From positions 491-64,490 of the forward strand of contig JBBQVR010000001.1 in the NCBI GenBank assembly GCA_038211355.1: 64,000 bases of DNA, read 5' to 3'. The notes under the pieces were generated by a model. That model was not told the DNA's origin, made no database searches, and saw nothing but the letters and a program-made list of their open reading frames with translations. The position numbers were made by a program, and so were the translations under genes. Below are positions 1 through 10,074 of the stretch, piece by piece (position 1 is the first letter of the stretch; the number at the start of each line of letters is the position of its first letter). This DNA comes from Rhodobacterales bacterium (GTDB lineage: Bacteria > Pseudomonadota > Alphaproteobacteria > Rhodobacterales > Rhodobacteraceae).

Positions 1-125
1 TTGCCGCTTGTCAGAAGTTTCATGTCGCTGTTACCTGATCGTTACAAAATGCAGGCACTGACCGAACAAGCGAAAGCACTTGGTCTTCGAAAGCCTGGGC
101 TGACGTTCCAACTGGGAGAAGTGAA

Positions 126-1232
126 ATGCTGACAAGAAACATTCTTTGCCTGACAACCAGCCTTGCTGTGCTGATGTCGAACGGTGCCGTCTTCGCCGAA
201 GCCCACATGGCCGAACTTGAAGCCGCCGCCAAGGCCGAGGGCATGCTCTCGACCATCGCGCTGCCGCACGACTGGTGCGGCTATGGCGAAGTCATCGCCG
301 GGTTCAAGGCGAAGTACCCCGAAATCACCGTGAACGAGCTGAACCCCGATGCCGGTTCCGCAGATGAGCTTGAGGCCGTGAAGGCCAACAAGGACAACAA
401 GGGCCCGCAGGCACCCGACGTTCTGGACGTGGGCCTTGCCTTCGGCCCGCAGGCCAAGGCTGAGGGTCTGACCCAACCCTACAAGGTTGCGACCTGGGCC
501 GAGATCCCCGACACCATCAAGGATGCCGAAGGCCATTGGTACGGCGACTATTACGGTGTGATGTCCTTCATCGTGAACACCGACATGGTCGAGAACGTCC
601 CGCAGGACTGGGCTGACCTTCTCAAGCCGGAATATGCGGGCATGGTGGCACTCGCGGGTGATCCGCGCGCCTCGAACCAGGCGATCCTGGGTGTGCTGGC
701 CGCTGGCCTGTCAACCGGCGCTGCGCCGGGTGAAGCTGCGGGCCAGGCGGGCCTGGAGTTCTTCAAGGCGCTGAACGATGCGGGCAACTTCGTCCCGGTT
801 ATCGGCAAGGCCGGCACGCTGGCCCAGGGCACCACCCCGATCATCATCATGTGGGACTACAACGCCCTTGCCGCCCGTGACACGCTGGCCGGGAACCCCC
901 CGGTTGAGGTTGTGGTTCCGGCGACCGGCGTTCTGGCTGGCGTCTATGTGCAGGCGATCTCTGCCTACGCACCGCAGCCGAACGCAGCAAAGCTGTGGAT
1001 GGAATACCTCTACAGCGACGAAGGTCAGCTGGGCTGGCTGAAGGGCTACTGCCACCCGGCGCGCTTCAACGCGATGGCCGCTGCTGGCAAGATCCCGCAG
1101 GACCTGCTGGATGCGCTGCCTCCGGCTGCGTCGTATGAGGCCGCCTACTTCCCGACGCTGGAAGAAGTCGATGCCAACAAGGCCGCCGTCACCGGTGGCT
1201 GGGATGCCGTCGTCGGCGCCAACGTCGAGTGA
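126..1232 (+). CDS. ABC transporter substrate-binding protein (PotD/AfuA-like; substrate unknown)
   Basis: Signal peptide ending VFA|E; cluster-D SBP-like motifs (DVLDVG, YGDYYGVMSFIVN, QPNAAKLWMEYLYSDEGQ); first gene of an SBP-permease-permease-ATPase operon. Confidence 0.85.
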   Translation: MLTRNILCLTTSLAVLMSNGAVFAEAHMAELEAAAKAEGMLSTIALPHDWCGYGEVIAGFKAKYPEITVNELNPDAGSADELEAVKANKDNKGPQAPDVLDVGLAFGPQAKAEGLTQPYKVATWAEIPDTIKDAEGHWYGDYYGVMSFIVNTDMVENVPQDWADLLKPEYAGMVALAGDPRASNQAILGVLAAGLSTGAAPGEAAGQAGLEFFKALNDAGNFVPVIGKAGTLAQGTTPIIIMWDYNALAARDTLAGNPPVEVVVPATGVLAGVYVQAISAYAPQPNAAKLWMEYLYSDEGQLGWLKGYCHPARFNAMAAAGKIPQDLLDALPPAASYEAAYFPTLEEVDANKAAVTGGWDAVVGANVE

Positions 1233-1239
1233 TCCGACT

Positions 1240-1267
1240 GCCTGCCCCGGAGCATTCCGGGGCAGGC
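1240..1267 (+). terminator. 12-bp intra-operon hairpin after the SBP gene (mRNA stabiliser or attenuator)
   Basis: GCCTGCCCCGGA-gcat-TCCGGGGCAGGC perfect inverted repeat. Confidence 0.65.
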
Positions 1268-1310
1268 CACTTCAGGCGACCGTCAGAGTCGCTGTTTCGC
1301 AGGGGGAACC

Positions 1311-2183
1311 ATGTCAAGTGATCCGAACCGCCGGTCAACCCGACGGCTGCCGCTTGAATGGCTGGGCATCCTGCCCTTTGCGATCTTTGCCTTTCTGTTC
1401 CTGATCCTGCCCACCTTGCGCATCGTCACTGGCGCCTTTCAGGATCAGACGGGTGCTTTCACCTTCCAGAACCTGCTGGACCTGAACACCGCGTCAATCC
1501 GGGCGGCCTATTGGACATCAATCAAGCTGAGCCTGTATTCCGCCAGTCTGGGCTGTCTGATCGGCTTTGCCATGGCAGCGGCGGTGGTGTTTGGCGGGCT
1601 GCCAAAGGGCATACGGTCGCCGCTTCTGACATTCTCGGGCGTGGCGTCAAACTTTGCCGGTGTGCCCTTGGCCTTTGCCTTCATCGCCACAATCGGCCCG
1701 GCGGGCCTGATCACCATGGAGCTGCGCGATGTGGGCATCAACCTGCGCGCCCTTGGGTTCAACCTGTTGTCGTTCTGGGGGCTGGTGATCACTTACCTCT
1801 TCTTCCAGATCCCGCTGATGATCCTGATCATCATCCCCGCCCTCGACGGGTTGAAGCGTGAGTGGCGTGAGGCGGCTGAGGTTCTGGGTGCCACCGGCCT
1901 GCAATACTGGCGCATGGTGGCGCTGCCGATCCTGTTTCCGTCACTGCTGGGGACGTTCGCGCTGCTGTTCGCCAATTCGTTTGGCGCGGTTGCAACCGCC
2001 TTTGCGCTGACCGGGCCGCAGCTGAACATCGTGCCAATCAAGCTTTTCGCGCAAATCCGGGGTGATGTGCTGGGCAACCCGAACCTGGGCTTTGCGCTGG
2101 CCTTCGGGATGATCGTGATCACCGTCATCGCCAACACCGTCTACATCGTCCTGCGTGTCCGGTCAGAGAGGTGGCTGAAATGA
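1311..2183 (+). CDS. ABC transporter permease
   Basis: Multiple TM segments; EAA motif (EWREAAEVLGAT). Confidence 0.9.
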   Translation: MSSDPNRRSTRRLPLEWLGILPFAIFAFLFLILPTLRIVTGAFQDQTGAFTFQNLLDLNTASIRAAYWTSIKLSLYSASLGCLIGFAMAAAVVFGGLPKGIRSPLLTFSGVASNFAGVPLAFAFIATIGPAGLITMELRDVGINLRALGFNLLSFWGLVITYLFFQIPLMILIIIPALDGLKREWREAAEVLGATGLQYWRMVALPILFPSLLGTFALLFANSFGAVATAFALTGPQLNIVPIKLFAQIRGDVLGNPNLGFALAFGMIVITVIANTVYIVLRVRSERWLK

Positions 2184-2962
2184 CCCGCTTCCTGGCCTGG
2201 TTCGCGCTGATCTTTGGCTGCCTCTACTTCCTGCTGCCGCTGGTTGGCATGGCAGAGTTCAGCCTTAAAATGCGGCGGGGGGTGTATTCGTTTGATGCCT
2301 ACCGCCGCGTGTTTGAGGACCCGACCTTCTGGGCCACCTTCAGCTATTCGCTGGTGCTGGCGGGCGCGACCATTGTGGTGGGCATCTTCCTTGTGGTGCC
2401 TACGGCCTATTGGGTGCGGCTGAAACTGCCGCAGGCGCGGCCGTTCGTTGAGTTTGTCACGCTGCTGCCGCTGGTCATTCCGGCCATCGTCCTCGTCTTT
2501 GGCTATATCCGGCTTTACAACACCTCAAGCTGGTTGCCCCTTACGGGGTCGGCTCTGGGCACGGATTTCCTGCTGACCATGGGCTATTCCACGCTGGCGC
2601 TGCCCTACATGTACCGCAGCGTGGATACCGGCCTTCGCACCATCGACGTGGGCACCCTGACCGAAGCGGCGCAGTCGCTGGGTGCGGGGTGGATCACCAT
2701 TCTGGGGCGGATCATCTTGCCGAATGTGATGGTGGCGGTCCTGTCGGGGGCGTTCCTGACGCTGGCGATTGTCTTGGGCGAGTTTACCATGGCGGCCCTT
2801 CTCAACCGCCCCGCCTTTGGGCCTTACATGCAGATCCTGGGGGCCAACCGCGCCTATGAGCCGCCGGCGCTGGCCGTGATTGCCTTTGCCATCACCTGGG
2901 GCTGCATGGGGTTGATGCAACTGGTCACCCGGTTTTCCAAACACGAAAGGGCCAAGGCCTGA
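2180..2962 (+). CDS. ABC transporter permease
   Basis: ATGA overlap with previous gene; EAA motif (LTEAAQSLGAG); TM segments. Confidence 0.9.
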   Translation: MTRFLAWFALIFGCLYFLLPLVGMAEFSLKMRRGVYSFDAYRRVFEDPTFWATFSYSLVLAGATIVVGIFLVVPTAYWVRLKLPQARPFVEFVTLLPLVIPAIVLVFGYIRLYNTSSWLPLTGSALGTDFLLTMGYSTLALPYMYRSVDTGLRTIDVGTLTEAAQSLGAGWITILGRIILPNVMVAVLSGAFLTLAIVLGEFTMAALLNRPAFGPYMQILGANRAYEPPALAVIAFAITWGCMGLMQLVTRFSKHERAKA

Positions 2963-4014
2963 TGAGTTACCTTGCGATCCGGCATCTGGAAAAGGCCTTT
3001 GGGTCAAACCTGGTGGTGAAGGACTTCAATCTGGATGTCGAGAAGGGTGAGTTCATCTCGCTTCTTGGCCCGTCGGGCTGCGGCAAGACCACGGTCTTGC
3101 GCATGGTGGCGGGGTTTGAACGGCCGACCGCGGGCAGCATCACCATCGACGGGCAAGAGGTGACGGGCCTCAAGGCCAACGCCCGCAACATCGGGATGAT
3201 GTTTCAGGCCTATGCGCTGTTTCCGAACCTGACGGTGGCCGACAACGTGGCCTTCGGGTTGAAGGTAAAGGGCGTGGCCAAGGCCGAACGCGACGACCGT
3301 GTGGCCGAGATGCTGGCGCTGATCGGCCTGGCCGAAAAGGGCGGGTCTTATCCGTTCCAGCTGTCGGGAGGCCAGCAACAGCGCGTGGCCTTGGCGCGGG
3401 CGCTGGCCCCCAGCCCAAGGGTGCTGTTGCTGGACGAACCGCTTTCGGCGCTGGATGCCAAGGTGCGGGTATCCTTGCGCAACGAGATCCGCGAGATTCA
3501 GCAGCGACTGGGGATCACCACGATCTTCGTGACCCATGATCAGGAAGAGGCGATGAGCATTTCAGACCGGATCGTGGTGATGAACGCCGGGATCGCCGAT
3601 CAGGTGGGCACTCCGTTTGAAATCTACAACCGTCCGACGACGCGGTTCGTGGCCAACTTCGTCGGCACGCTGAACACTTTCGCGGTCACGGTCGAGGATG
3701 CGGCAACGGGCCGGGTGCGGCTTGGCGGGGCGGCGCTGACCCTGCCGCAAGGGCTTGTGACCGGCAGCACCATGCATATCGCGCTGCGCCCCGAGGCGCT
3801 GCGGCTGGGGCGTGAGCCGGGGTATGAGACAGTGGTGCCGGGCACCGTGGAAGAGGTGCATTTCATGGGGTCGATCATCCGGCTGCGCGCGCGTGTGGCG
3901 GGTGAGGCTGTGGTGCTGGACACCTTCAACCGCGCCGACCAGCCGCCCCCACGCCCCGGAACCGAGGTAGAAATCAGCCTGTCGGGCAAAGACGCGATTG
4001 TCCTGAACGGCTAG
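2962..4014 (+). CDS. ABC transporter ATP-binding protein (PotA/MalK type, C-terminal TOBE)
   Basis: Walker A GPSGCGKT, signature LSGGQQQR, Walker B LLLDEP, H-loop VTHD. Confidence 0.95.
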   Translation: MSYLAIRHLEKAFGSNLVVKDFNLDVEKGEFISLLGPSGCGKTTVLRMVAGFERPTAGSITIDGQEVTGLKANARNIGMMFQAYALFPNLTVADNVAFGLKVKGVAKAERDDRVAEMLALIGLAEKGGSYPFQLSGGQQQRVALARALAPSPRVLLLDEPLSALDAKVRVSLRNEIREIQQRLGITTIFVTHDQEEAMSISDRIVVMNAGIADQVGTPFEIYNRPTTRFVANFVGTLNTFAVTVEDAATGRVRLGGAALTLPQGLVTGSTMHIALRPEALRLGREPGYETVVPGTVEEVHFMGSIIRLRARVAGEAVVLDTFNRADQPPPRPGTEVEISLSGKDAIVLNG

Positions 4015-4018
4015 GCGC

Positions 4019-4062
4019 CAAAATCCTTCGAAGGATTTTGCAAATTTCTTTGAAGAAATTTG
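4019..4062. repeat. Tandem AT-rich double palindrome (REP-like or terminator)
   Basis: CAAAATCCTTCGAAGGATTTTG (perfect 22-bp palindrome) followed by CAAATTTCTT-tg-AAGAAATTTG; related element at 24567-24611. Confidence 0.75.
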
Positions 4063-4114
4063 GCCCTTCCCTCGGGCCGCAGTTCTTGGTGAATTGCGCG
4101 AAACGGGGGATGGC

Positions 4115-5527
4115 ATGGCTTTGATCGACGATCTTCAGGCAGTGGTTGGGGCGGCCCATGTGCTGACCGGGGCTGACATGGCCCGCCATGCGCGCGACTG
4201 GATGGGCAAGTATGAGGGCGCCCCGCTGGTGGTGGTACGGCCTGCGTCCACAGCCGAGGTGTCGGCGGTCGTGAAACTGGCGGCGGCGCAGGGGGTGGCG
4301 GTGGTGCCGATTGGCGGCAATACCGGGCTGGTCGGCGGCACGATGACCTGTGGCGGGTTGATGATCAGCCTTGAACGGATGAACCGCATACGCGCGGTCA
4401 AGCGCGATGCCCGGCTGGTGGTGGCCGAGGCCGGGGTGATCCTGACCCGCCTGCATGATGCGGCCGAGGCCGAGGGGCTGTGCTTCCCGCTGTGGTTCGG
4501 CGCGCGGGGGTCGGCGATGTTGGGCGGGGTTTTGTCCACCAATGCGGGCGGGTCGAACGTGCTGCGCTATGGCTCCACCCGCGCCTTGTGTCTGGGGCTT
4601 GAGGTGGTGCTGGCCGATGGCCGGGTGCTGGACCTGATGGGAGAGTTGCACAAGGACAACTCGGGCTATGATCTGAAAAACCTTTTCATCGGGGCCGAAG
4701 GGACGCTGGGCATCATCACGGCAGCGGTGATGAAGCTGGTGCCCGCCCCGAAGGCCCATGCCACGGCGACAGTGGCGGCGCGGTCGTTGCCCGATGCGCT
4801 GGTGCTGCTGAACCGGATGCAAGAGGCGACGGGGGGCCGGGTTGAGGCGTTCGAGTTCATGCCGCGCACCTATTCGGAACGGTTGGCGGTGGCGCGGCCC
4901 GATCTGGGGCTGCCCTTCGACACCATCCCCGAGGTCACCATCCTGATCGAGGCGGCGACGACGGTTGCCAAAGAGGCTGCGCCGGATGAGACCGGTGAGG
5001 TGCCGCTGGTCGGCCTGCTGGAAACCGTGCTGGCCGAGATGCTGGAGGCCGGGCTGATCACCGATGCCGTCCTTGCCCGCAGCGAACAGCAACGCCGCGC
5101 GATGTGGGCCCGGCGCGAGGCGGCGGCCGAGATCACCATGGGTCTGACCCCTGCCGTGGATACCGACGTCTGCCTGCCCCTGGACCGGGTGGAGGGTTTT
5201 CTGACCGAAGTTCTGGCTCGGCTTGAGGCGCTGGACCCCGGACTGAAAAGCCTGACCGTGGCGCATCTGGGCGACGGAAACCTGCATTTCACCGCCTTTC
5301 CCACGCTGGATGATGCGGTGTTGAAGGACCGGGTGATGGAGGTGGTCGAGGATGTGGTGGCCGACCTTGGCGGCAGTTTTTCAGCTGAGCATGGGGTGGG
5401 GCTGTCCAAGCTGACCTCAATGGCGCGGCGGAAGAACCCCGTGGCGCTGGATGTGATGCGGGCGGTCAAGGCAGCACTTGACCCCGAGGGGCGGATGAAC
5501 CCCGGCAAGGTCATTCCCGCGGGCTGA
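4115..5527 (+). CDS. FAD-binding oxidoreductase (GlcD / D-2-hydroxyacid dehydrogenase family)
   Basis: VVPIGGNTGLVGG, KDNSGYDL, GAEGTLGIIT, HLGDGNLH, SAEHGVG motifs. Confidence 0.88.
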   Translation: MALIDDLQAVVGAAHVLTGADMARHARDWMGKYEGAPLVVVRPASTAEVSAVVKLAAAQGVAVVPIGGNTGLVGGTMTCGGLMISLERMNRIRAVKRDARLVVAEAGVILTRLHDAAEAEGLCFPLWFGARGSAMLGGVLSTNAGGSNVLRYGSTRALCLGLEVVLADGRVLDLMGELHKDNSGYDLKNLFIGAEGTLGIITAAVMKLVPAPKAHATATVAARSLPDALVLLNRMQEATGGRVEAFEFMPRTYSERLAVARPDLGLPFDTIPEVTILIEAATTVAKEAAPDETGEVPLVGLLETVLAEMLEAGLITDAVLARSEQQRRAMWARREAAAEITMGLTPAVDTDVCLPLDRVEGFLTEVLARLEALDPGLKSLTVAHLGDGNLHFTAFPTLDDAVLKDRVMEVVEDVVADLGGSFSAEHGVGLSKLTSMARRKNPVALDVMRAVKAALDPEGRMNPGKVIPAG

Positions 5528-5572
5528 CGGCGCCCGCTTGCGCCGGGCTGGGCGGAGGGGTAGCCAGAGGCC

Positions 5573-6766
5573 ATGTCCGCAATCCGCCTGTGCCTGACCG
5601 ATCCCGCCTTGCGCGCCGCAGGGATCGTGATTGTCCTGCAAGGGGCGATCGTTTGCAGTTTCGGCCCGTATTTCAGCACCCTGGCCGTCAATGCCTATGG
5701 CTTTGGCGACCGGGGGTTTGCGGTTCTGCTGGCGCTGTCGTCGGTGGTGTCGGTCACCGCCTCGGTCTATGGGGGCATCCGGGCGGACCAGACGGCGAAC
5801 CGGCGGCAGGTGACGCTGGCGGCGGTGGTGGCGCTGGGGCTGGGGATGCTTTTGATGACCGTGGTGCCCGGGCCATGGGTCTTTGCGCTGGTGGCGGCTG
5901 TGTTGCTGCCGGTGGGGTCGGTAACCTTTGGCCAGGTCTTTGCGCTGACGCGGATGGCGGCGACGCGCCACCTCGAGGATCAGCGGGACGGGATCATGGC
6001 GGTGATCCGGGCGCTGTTTGCGCTGCCCTTCGTGGTGGTCTTGCCGCTGTGGGCGGTGGCCTTTGCGCAGGGATATGAGGTTACGGCGATCTTTCCGGTC
6101 GGGCTTTTGATGGCCGGTGGGATGCTGCTGGTGGTGCTGCGGCACTGGCCCAAGGATGGCGCGACCGCGTGGGAGGATCGGCCAAGCGGCCTTAGCTTTC
6201 GCGCAGCACTTGCCGAGATGGGGCAACCCCGGCTGGCTGCGCGGGTGCTGGCGCTGGGTGCCGTGAACGCGGCCGCGACGATCTACATCGCCATCGTGTC
6301 GCTGGTCCTGGTGGCAGATGTCGGGCGCGGCGTGGCGGATGTGGCGCTGTATGTCGGGTTGGTTGCCGGGTTGGAGGTGCCGTTCATGCTGGCCTTGCCG
6401 CGCCTGACGCGGGGCATGGACCGGACGGTGTTGATCCTGATCGGCGCGGCGCTTTATGCGGTGCATGTCGCGCTGTTGCCGGTGCTGGCGGGGTCGGCGC
6501 TGGTGTGGCTTTTGGTGCTGCCGGCGGCAGTGGGCGGGGCGATCACGCTGACGGTGCCGATTGCCTATCTGCAGGATCTGCTTTCCGACCGGCCGGGTGC
6601 CGGGGCCAGCCTGATGGCGCTGCAACGGCTGGCGGGCGAGGTCATCGCCGCGCTGTGCTTTGCGCTTGGCACGGTGCTGGCGGGCTATGGGCTGGTGGCG
6701 GCTTTGGGGGTGGCGGTGTCGCTGTTTGGGGCCTTGGCGCTGTGGTGGGCGGACCGCCGACGCTGA
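5573..6766 (+). CDS. MFS transporter (sugar-efflux-like)
   Basis: About 12 hydrophobic segments; GIRADQTANRR motif-A-like loop. Confidence 0.75.
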   Translation: MSAIRLCLTDPALRAAGIVIVLQGAIVCSFGPYFSTLAVNAYGFGDRGFAVLLALSSVVSVTASVYGGIRADQTANRRQVTLAAVVALGLGMLLMTVVPGPWVFALVAAVLLPVGSVTFGQVFALTRMAATRHLEDQRDGIMAVIRALFALPFVVVLPLWAVAFAQGYEVTAIFPVGLLMAGGMLLVVLRHWPKDGATAWEDRPSGLSFRAALAEMGQPRLAARVLALGAVNAAATIYIAIVSLVLVADVGRGVADVALYVGLVAGLEVPFMLALPRLTRGMDRTVLILIGAALYAVHVALLPVLAGSALVWLLVLPAAVGGAITLTVPIAYLQDLLSDRPGAGASLMALQRLAGEVIAALCFALGTVLAGYGLVAALGVAVSLFGALALWWADRRR

Positions 6767-6854
6767 CCCGCCTCTGACCCCCCACTGCTGACCCATTGCG
6801 CGGGGGCGCGGCTGGTGGCATGAGGTTCGCGAAACGCTGGCTTTGGGGGCTACC

Positions 6855-7856
6855 ATGACGATCAGGTTCGGGCTTTTGGGCGCAGGGCGCATTGGCAAGG
6901 TGCATGCGAAGGCTGTGACGGGAAATCCCGGCGCGCGGCTGGTTGCAGTGTCGGATGCGATGCCAGCCGCCGCGCAGGCGATTTCGGATCAGTATGGCTG
7001 CGATGTGCGCAGCATTGCCGATATCGCGGCGGCCAAGGACATCGACGCCGTGGTGATCTGCACGCCGACCGACACCCACGCCGACCTGATCGAGCTGTTC
7101 GTGAAGGCGGGCAAGGCGGTCTTCTGCGAAAAGCCGATTGATCTGTCGCTGGCCCGCGTGAAGCAATGCCTTGAGGTGGTGCGCGCCGCCAAAGGCACGC
7201 TGATGGTCGGCTTCAACCGCCGCTTTGACCCCCATTTCGCCGCAGTCCGCGCCGAGATCGACAAGGGCACCGTCGGCGCGGTTGAGATGGTGGTGATCAC
7301 CAGCCGCGACCCCGGCGCGCCGCCGGTGGACTACATCGCACGGTCTGGGGGAATTTTCCGCGACATGACGATCCATGACTTCGACATGGCGCGGTTCCTG
7401 TTGGGCGAAGAAGTGACCGAGGTTTCGGCCATGGCCGCCGTGCTGGTTGATCCGGCGATTGGCAAGGCGGGGGACAGTGACAGCGTTCAGGTGATGCTGA
7501 AGACGGCCACGGGCAAGATGGCCGTCATCTCGAACAGCCGCCGCGCGACCTATGGCTATGACCAGCGGATTGAGGTGCACGGATCGAAGGGTGCGGTGAG
7601 TGCCGAAAACCAGCGGCCGGTCAGCATCGAAGTGGCGACCGGCGCGGGCTATACCCGCCCGCCGCTGCATGATTTCTTCATGACCCGCTACACCGAAGCC
7701 TACGCCGCCGAAATCACCGCCTTCATCGACGCGATGGGCGGCAAGTCCAAGGCCAGCCCCTCGGGCGAAGATGGGCTTGCGGCGCTGGCACTGGCAGAAG
7801 CAGCGCTGAAATCGGTCGCCGAAGGGCGTATGGTGAAGGTCAGCGAGGTTCTCTGA
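6855..7856 (+). CDS. iolG: Inositol 2-dehydrogenase (Gfo/Idh/MocA)
   Basis: GLLGAGRIG Rossmann motif, FCEKPI, GFNRRFDP, SGGIFRDMTIHDFD. Confidence 0.85.
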   Translation: MTIRFGLLGAGRIGKVHAKAVTGNPGARLVAVSDAMPAAAQAISDQYGCDVRSIADIAAAKDIDAVVICTPTDTHADLIELFVKAGKAVFCEKPIDLSLARVKQCLEVVRAAKGTLMVGFNRRFDPHFAAVRAEIDKGTVGAVEMVVITSRDPGAPPVDYIARSGGIFRDMTIHDFDMARFLLGEEVTEVSAMAAVLVDPAIGKAGDSDSVQVMLKTATGKMAVISNSRRATYGYDQRIEVHGSKGAVSAENQRPVSIEVATGAGYTRPPLHDFFMTRYTEAYAAEITAFIDAMGGKSKASPSGEDGLAALALAEAALKSVAEGRMVKVSEVL

Positions 7857-7888
7857 CTTTAAGGCTTTGGGTGGCCCCTCCCACCCCA

Positions 7889-7912
7889 TCCCTCCCCCAC
7901 GAGGGGGAGGGA
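7889..7912. terminator. Hairpin between convergent iolG and caspase-family gene
   Basis: TCCCTCCCCC-acga-GGGGGAGGGA. Confidence 0.65.
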
Positions 7913-8007
7913 GGCACTTGGGGCGGGTGCCGGTCCGGGAGTCTGACGGCAGAAAATGCTGCGGGAAATGCTGCGCAGCAAATATGCGTTTTCAGTGGGT
8001 TGGCGGG

Positions 8008-10074
8008 TCAGTTCCGAGCGACTGTCCGCAATTCCAGTTGCAGGATGATGGGGCTGGGGCCGGTGTCATCGCCTTCCTCCGTCAGCCCAATTGCGCCGCG
8101 CGTGGTCTGGCCGAAACCAGCCTCGGCCAGCGCGTCGCCAAAGGCGGAACCGCCCAGGCTGCGGGTGGTGTCCAGCGCGTCTTGCGCAAGGTAGCCAAGA
8201 TCCTCAACCGGGCTTTGCGGTTTGGCGGGCGTCACGACGACCAGCATCCGTTCCTGCCCAAGGACCGTATCGGTGATCTTGAAGAGGCCCTTTTTCAATT
8301 CATCCCCCGGCTGCAGGCGGCCCGAAAACCAGTGGCTGATCGCATAATCCGCCGCGATGTAAAGGACGTTCACGTCAACCGGCCAGTCCGTGTTGTTGCG
8401 GGCAAGGACATGCACCTCGTCCTCGGGCAGCAGGGTGGGGACCGGTGCGAAGGGCAAGGCGCGTAGCGTGCGGTCTTCGGGCGTGCGGGTCTGCAGCGCA
8501 ACTGACACATCCAGCCCTTCGGACCCCACGGCAGCGCCGAGTTTCAGCAGGTTCTGCGCGCGGGCGATGGTGGTCAAAGTGTCGGCCAGGGTCGTGGCCA
8601 GCGTCGCGCCATCCTTGTCGGTGGCAAGGACGGACGGGGTGGTGCCAAGGTCTTCGGCCAGACCGGTTGCGGGCAAGACCCAGATTGCATCGGGGCGCGG
8701 GCTGTCGGGCAGGACGGCAAGGCGAAGGTCGGCCTCAACGCTTGCGTCAACGAAGATCAGCCGGGGACCTGCGGCTTCGGTCAGCGCCACCAGTGCCGTC
8801 AGCAGCTTGTCGGCGGGCGCGCTTCCCGGGGCGGGCAGGGCCACCGTCAGGGTGAAATCCAGCGCCTCATCCAGCTTGCGCAGGGTCATGCCCTTGGGCA
8901 GGTCGGCGGGAAGGGTCTTGCCGTCGCGCACCACAGGCCGGCCGGTGGCGGCGAAGGTGCCGACCGTGGTCAGTTCCACATATCCCAGCGCGGCATCGGT
9001 CGGATCGGCGGCACTTGCCAAGACGGCCATCACCGCGCCGGTCGCAAGGCCATGCAGCGACCCCGCGGCGATGGTCAGGCCCGCGTCAGTCACGTCAGCC
9101 TGCCACTGGGCGACGCGGGTGCCGGGGCTGGCCCCGAACACCACCTGATCAAGATCGCCCTCAAACAGCGGGGTAGAGCGGGCGAGGTTCCTGACCGAAT
9201 AGCGGCGCAGCACCTCTTGCCCGATCTGGCCATAGGTCGCACCGGGGTATTCGGCCAGCACCTCCATCAGGGTGAAGGTAAAGACGCCCTGCGGCTTGCG
9301 GCCCGGTTTGCCCTTGGGCAGGTTCTTTTCGGGGGTCACCTCGTTCGTCTGCGCGGCGAAGAAGGCGACAAAGCTGCCCTCACCCGCGCCGGCGTCAAAC
9401 GGTGCTTCGACCCCCTCGCGCGGATCACCCAGCGACCGGGTGGTCACAGCCTCCATCGCCATGGGATCAATCCCCAAAGCCTCGGGCGGGATCTGGCGGG
9501 TGCGCACATCTTCATCTGCCCCATCAAGGCTCCGGGTGGCGGTGCCGGAATGGCAGCTGTCGAACACCGCCCAGACATTGGCCCCCTTGGCGCGCAGGCC
9601 GTCGATCAGGGTGCCGATCTCATCATCGACCAGCGCGTTTTCCACCGTGCCCACGCCGTCTGACCAGGTGCCGATATCGACCGGCAGGAACAGCTCATCC
9701 AAGCCATCCAGTTCGGACGTGGGGTCAAGGGCCGGGGCCTGCGTGCCGTGGCCGGAAAAGTGGAGATAGACGAAATCACCGGGCTGGACCCGCGCAGTCA
9801 GATCGGCAAAGGCCGTGCGGATCGCGGCAAGCGTGGGGGCCTGATACCCCGCAACGCCATCGGTCAGGATGGTCAGATTTTCCGCGGCAAAGGGCACCGG
9901 CGCGCTGGTGGTCAGGTAGCCCGCGACCAGCTGCACATCATTGGCGGGGCCTTTCAGCCACCAGCGCTCCTCCAGGTTCTGGTATTGGTTCGCGCCGATC
10001 AGGATGGCGTGGTTTTCCGCCAACGCCGGAAAGGCGGCCGTCATCACGGCGAGGGTGAGGGCGCTGCGCCACAT
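8008..10074 (-). CDS. Secreted caspase-family (peptidase C14, metacaspase/orthocaspase type) protein with C-terminal DUF4384-like domain
   Basis: Signal peptide (FPALA|E); LKGPANDV, HFSGHG (His), FDSCHSG (Cys); C-terminal RNNTDWPVDVNVLYIAAD...GQERMLVVVT resembles DUF4384. Confidence 0.88.
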   Translation of the reverse strand: MWRSALTLAVMTAAFPALAENHAILIGANQYQNLEERWWLKGPANDVQLVAGYLTTSAPVPFAAENLTILTDGVAGYQAPTLAAIRTAFADLTARVQPGDFVYLHFSGHGTQAPALDPTSELDGLDELFLPVDIGTWSDGVGTVENALVDDEIGTLIDGLRAKGANVWAVFDSCHSGTATRSLDGADEDVRTRQIPPEALGIDPMAMEAVTTRSLGDPREGVEAPFDAGAGEGSFVAFFAAQTNEVTPEKNLPKGKPGRKPQGVFTFTLMEVLAEYPGATYGQIGQEVLRRYSVRNLARSTPLFEGDLDQVVFGASPGTRVAQWQADVTDAGLTIAAGSLHGLATGAVMAVLASAADPTDAALGYVELTTVGTFAATGRPVVRDGKTLPADLPKGMTLRKLDEALDFTLTVALPAPGSAPADKLLTALVALTEAAGPRLIFVDASVEADLRLAVLPDSPRPDAIWVLPATGLAEDLGTTPSVLATDKDGATLATTLADTLTTIARAQNLLKLGAAVGSEGLDVSVALQTRTPEDRTLRALPFAPVPTLLPEDEVHVLARNNTDWPVDVNVLYIAADYAISHWFSGRLQPGDELKKGLFKITDTVLGQERMLVVVTPAKPQSPVEDLGYLAQDALDTTRSLGGSAFGDALAEAGFGQTTRGAIGLTEEGDDTGPSPIILQLELRTVARN

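Noticed and set aside
3974-6898. Long antisense or alternate-frame ORFs (e.g. 3974-5287, 5417-6898, 10636-12207, 16359-17894, 26457-28235)
   Set aside because: These are Arg/Pro/Gly-rich shadows of well-supported genes, expected at high GC, with no recognisable motifs.
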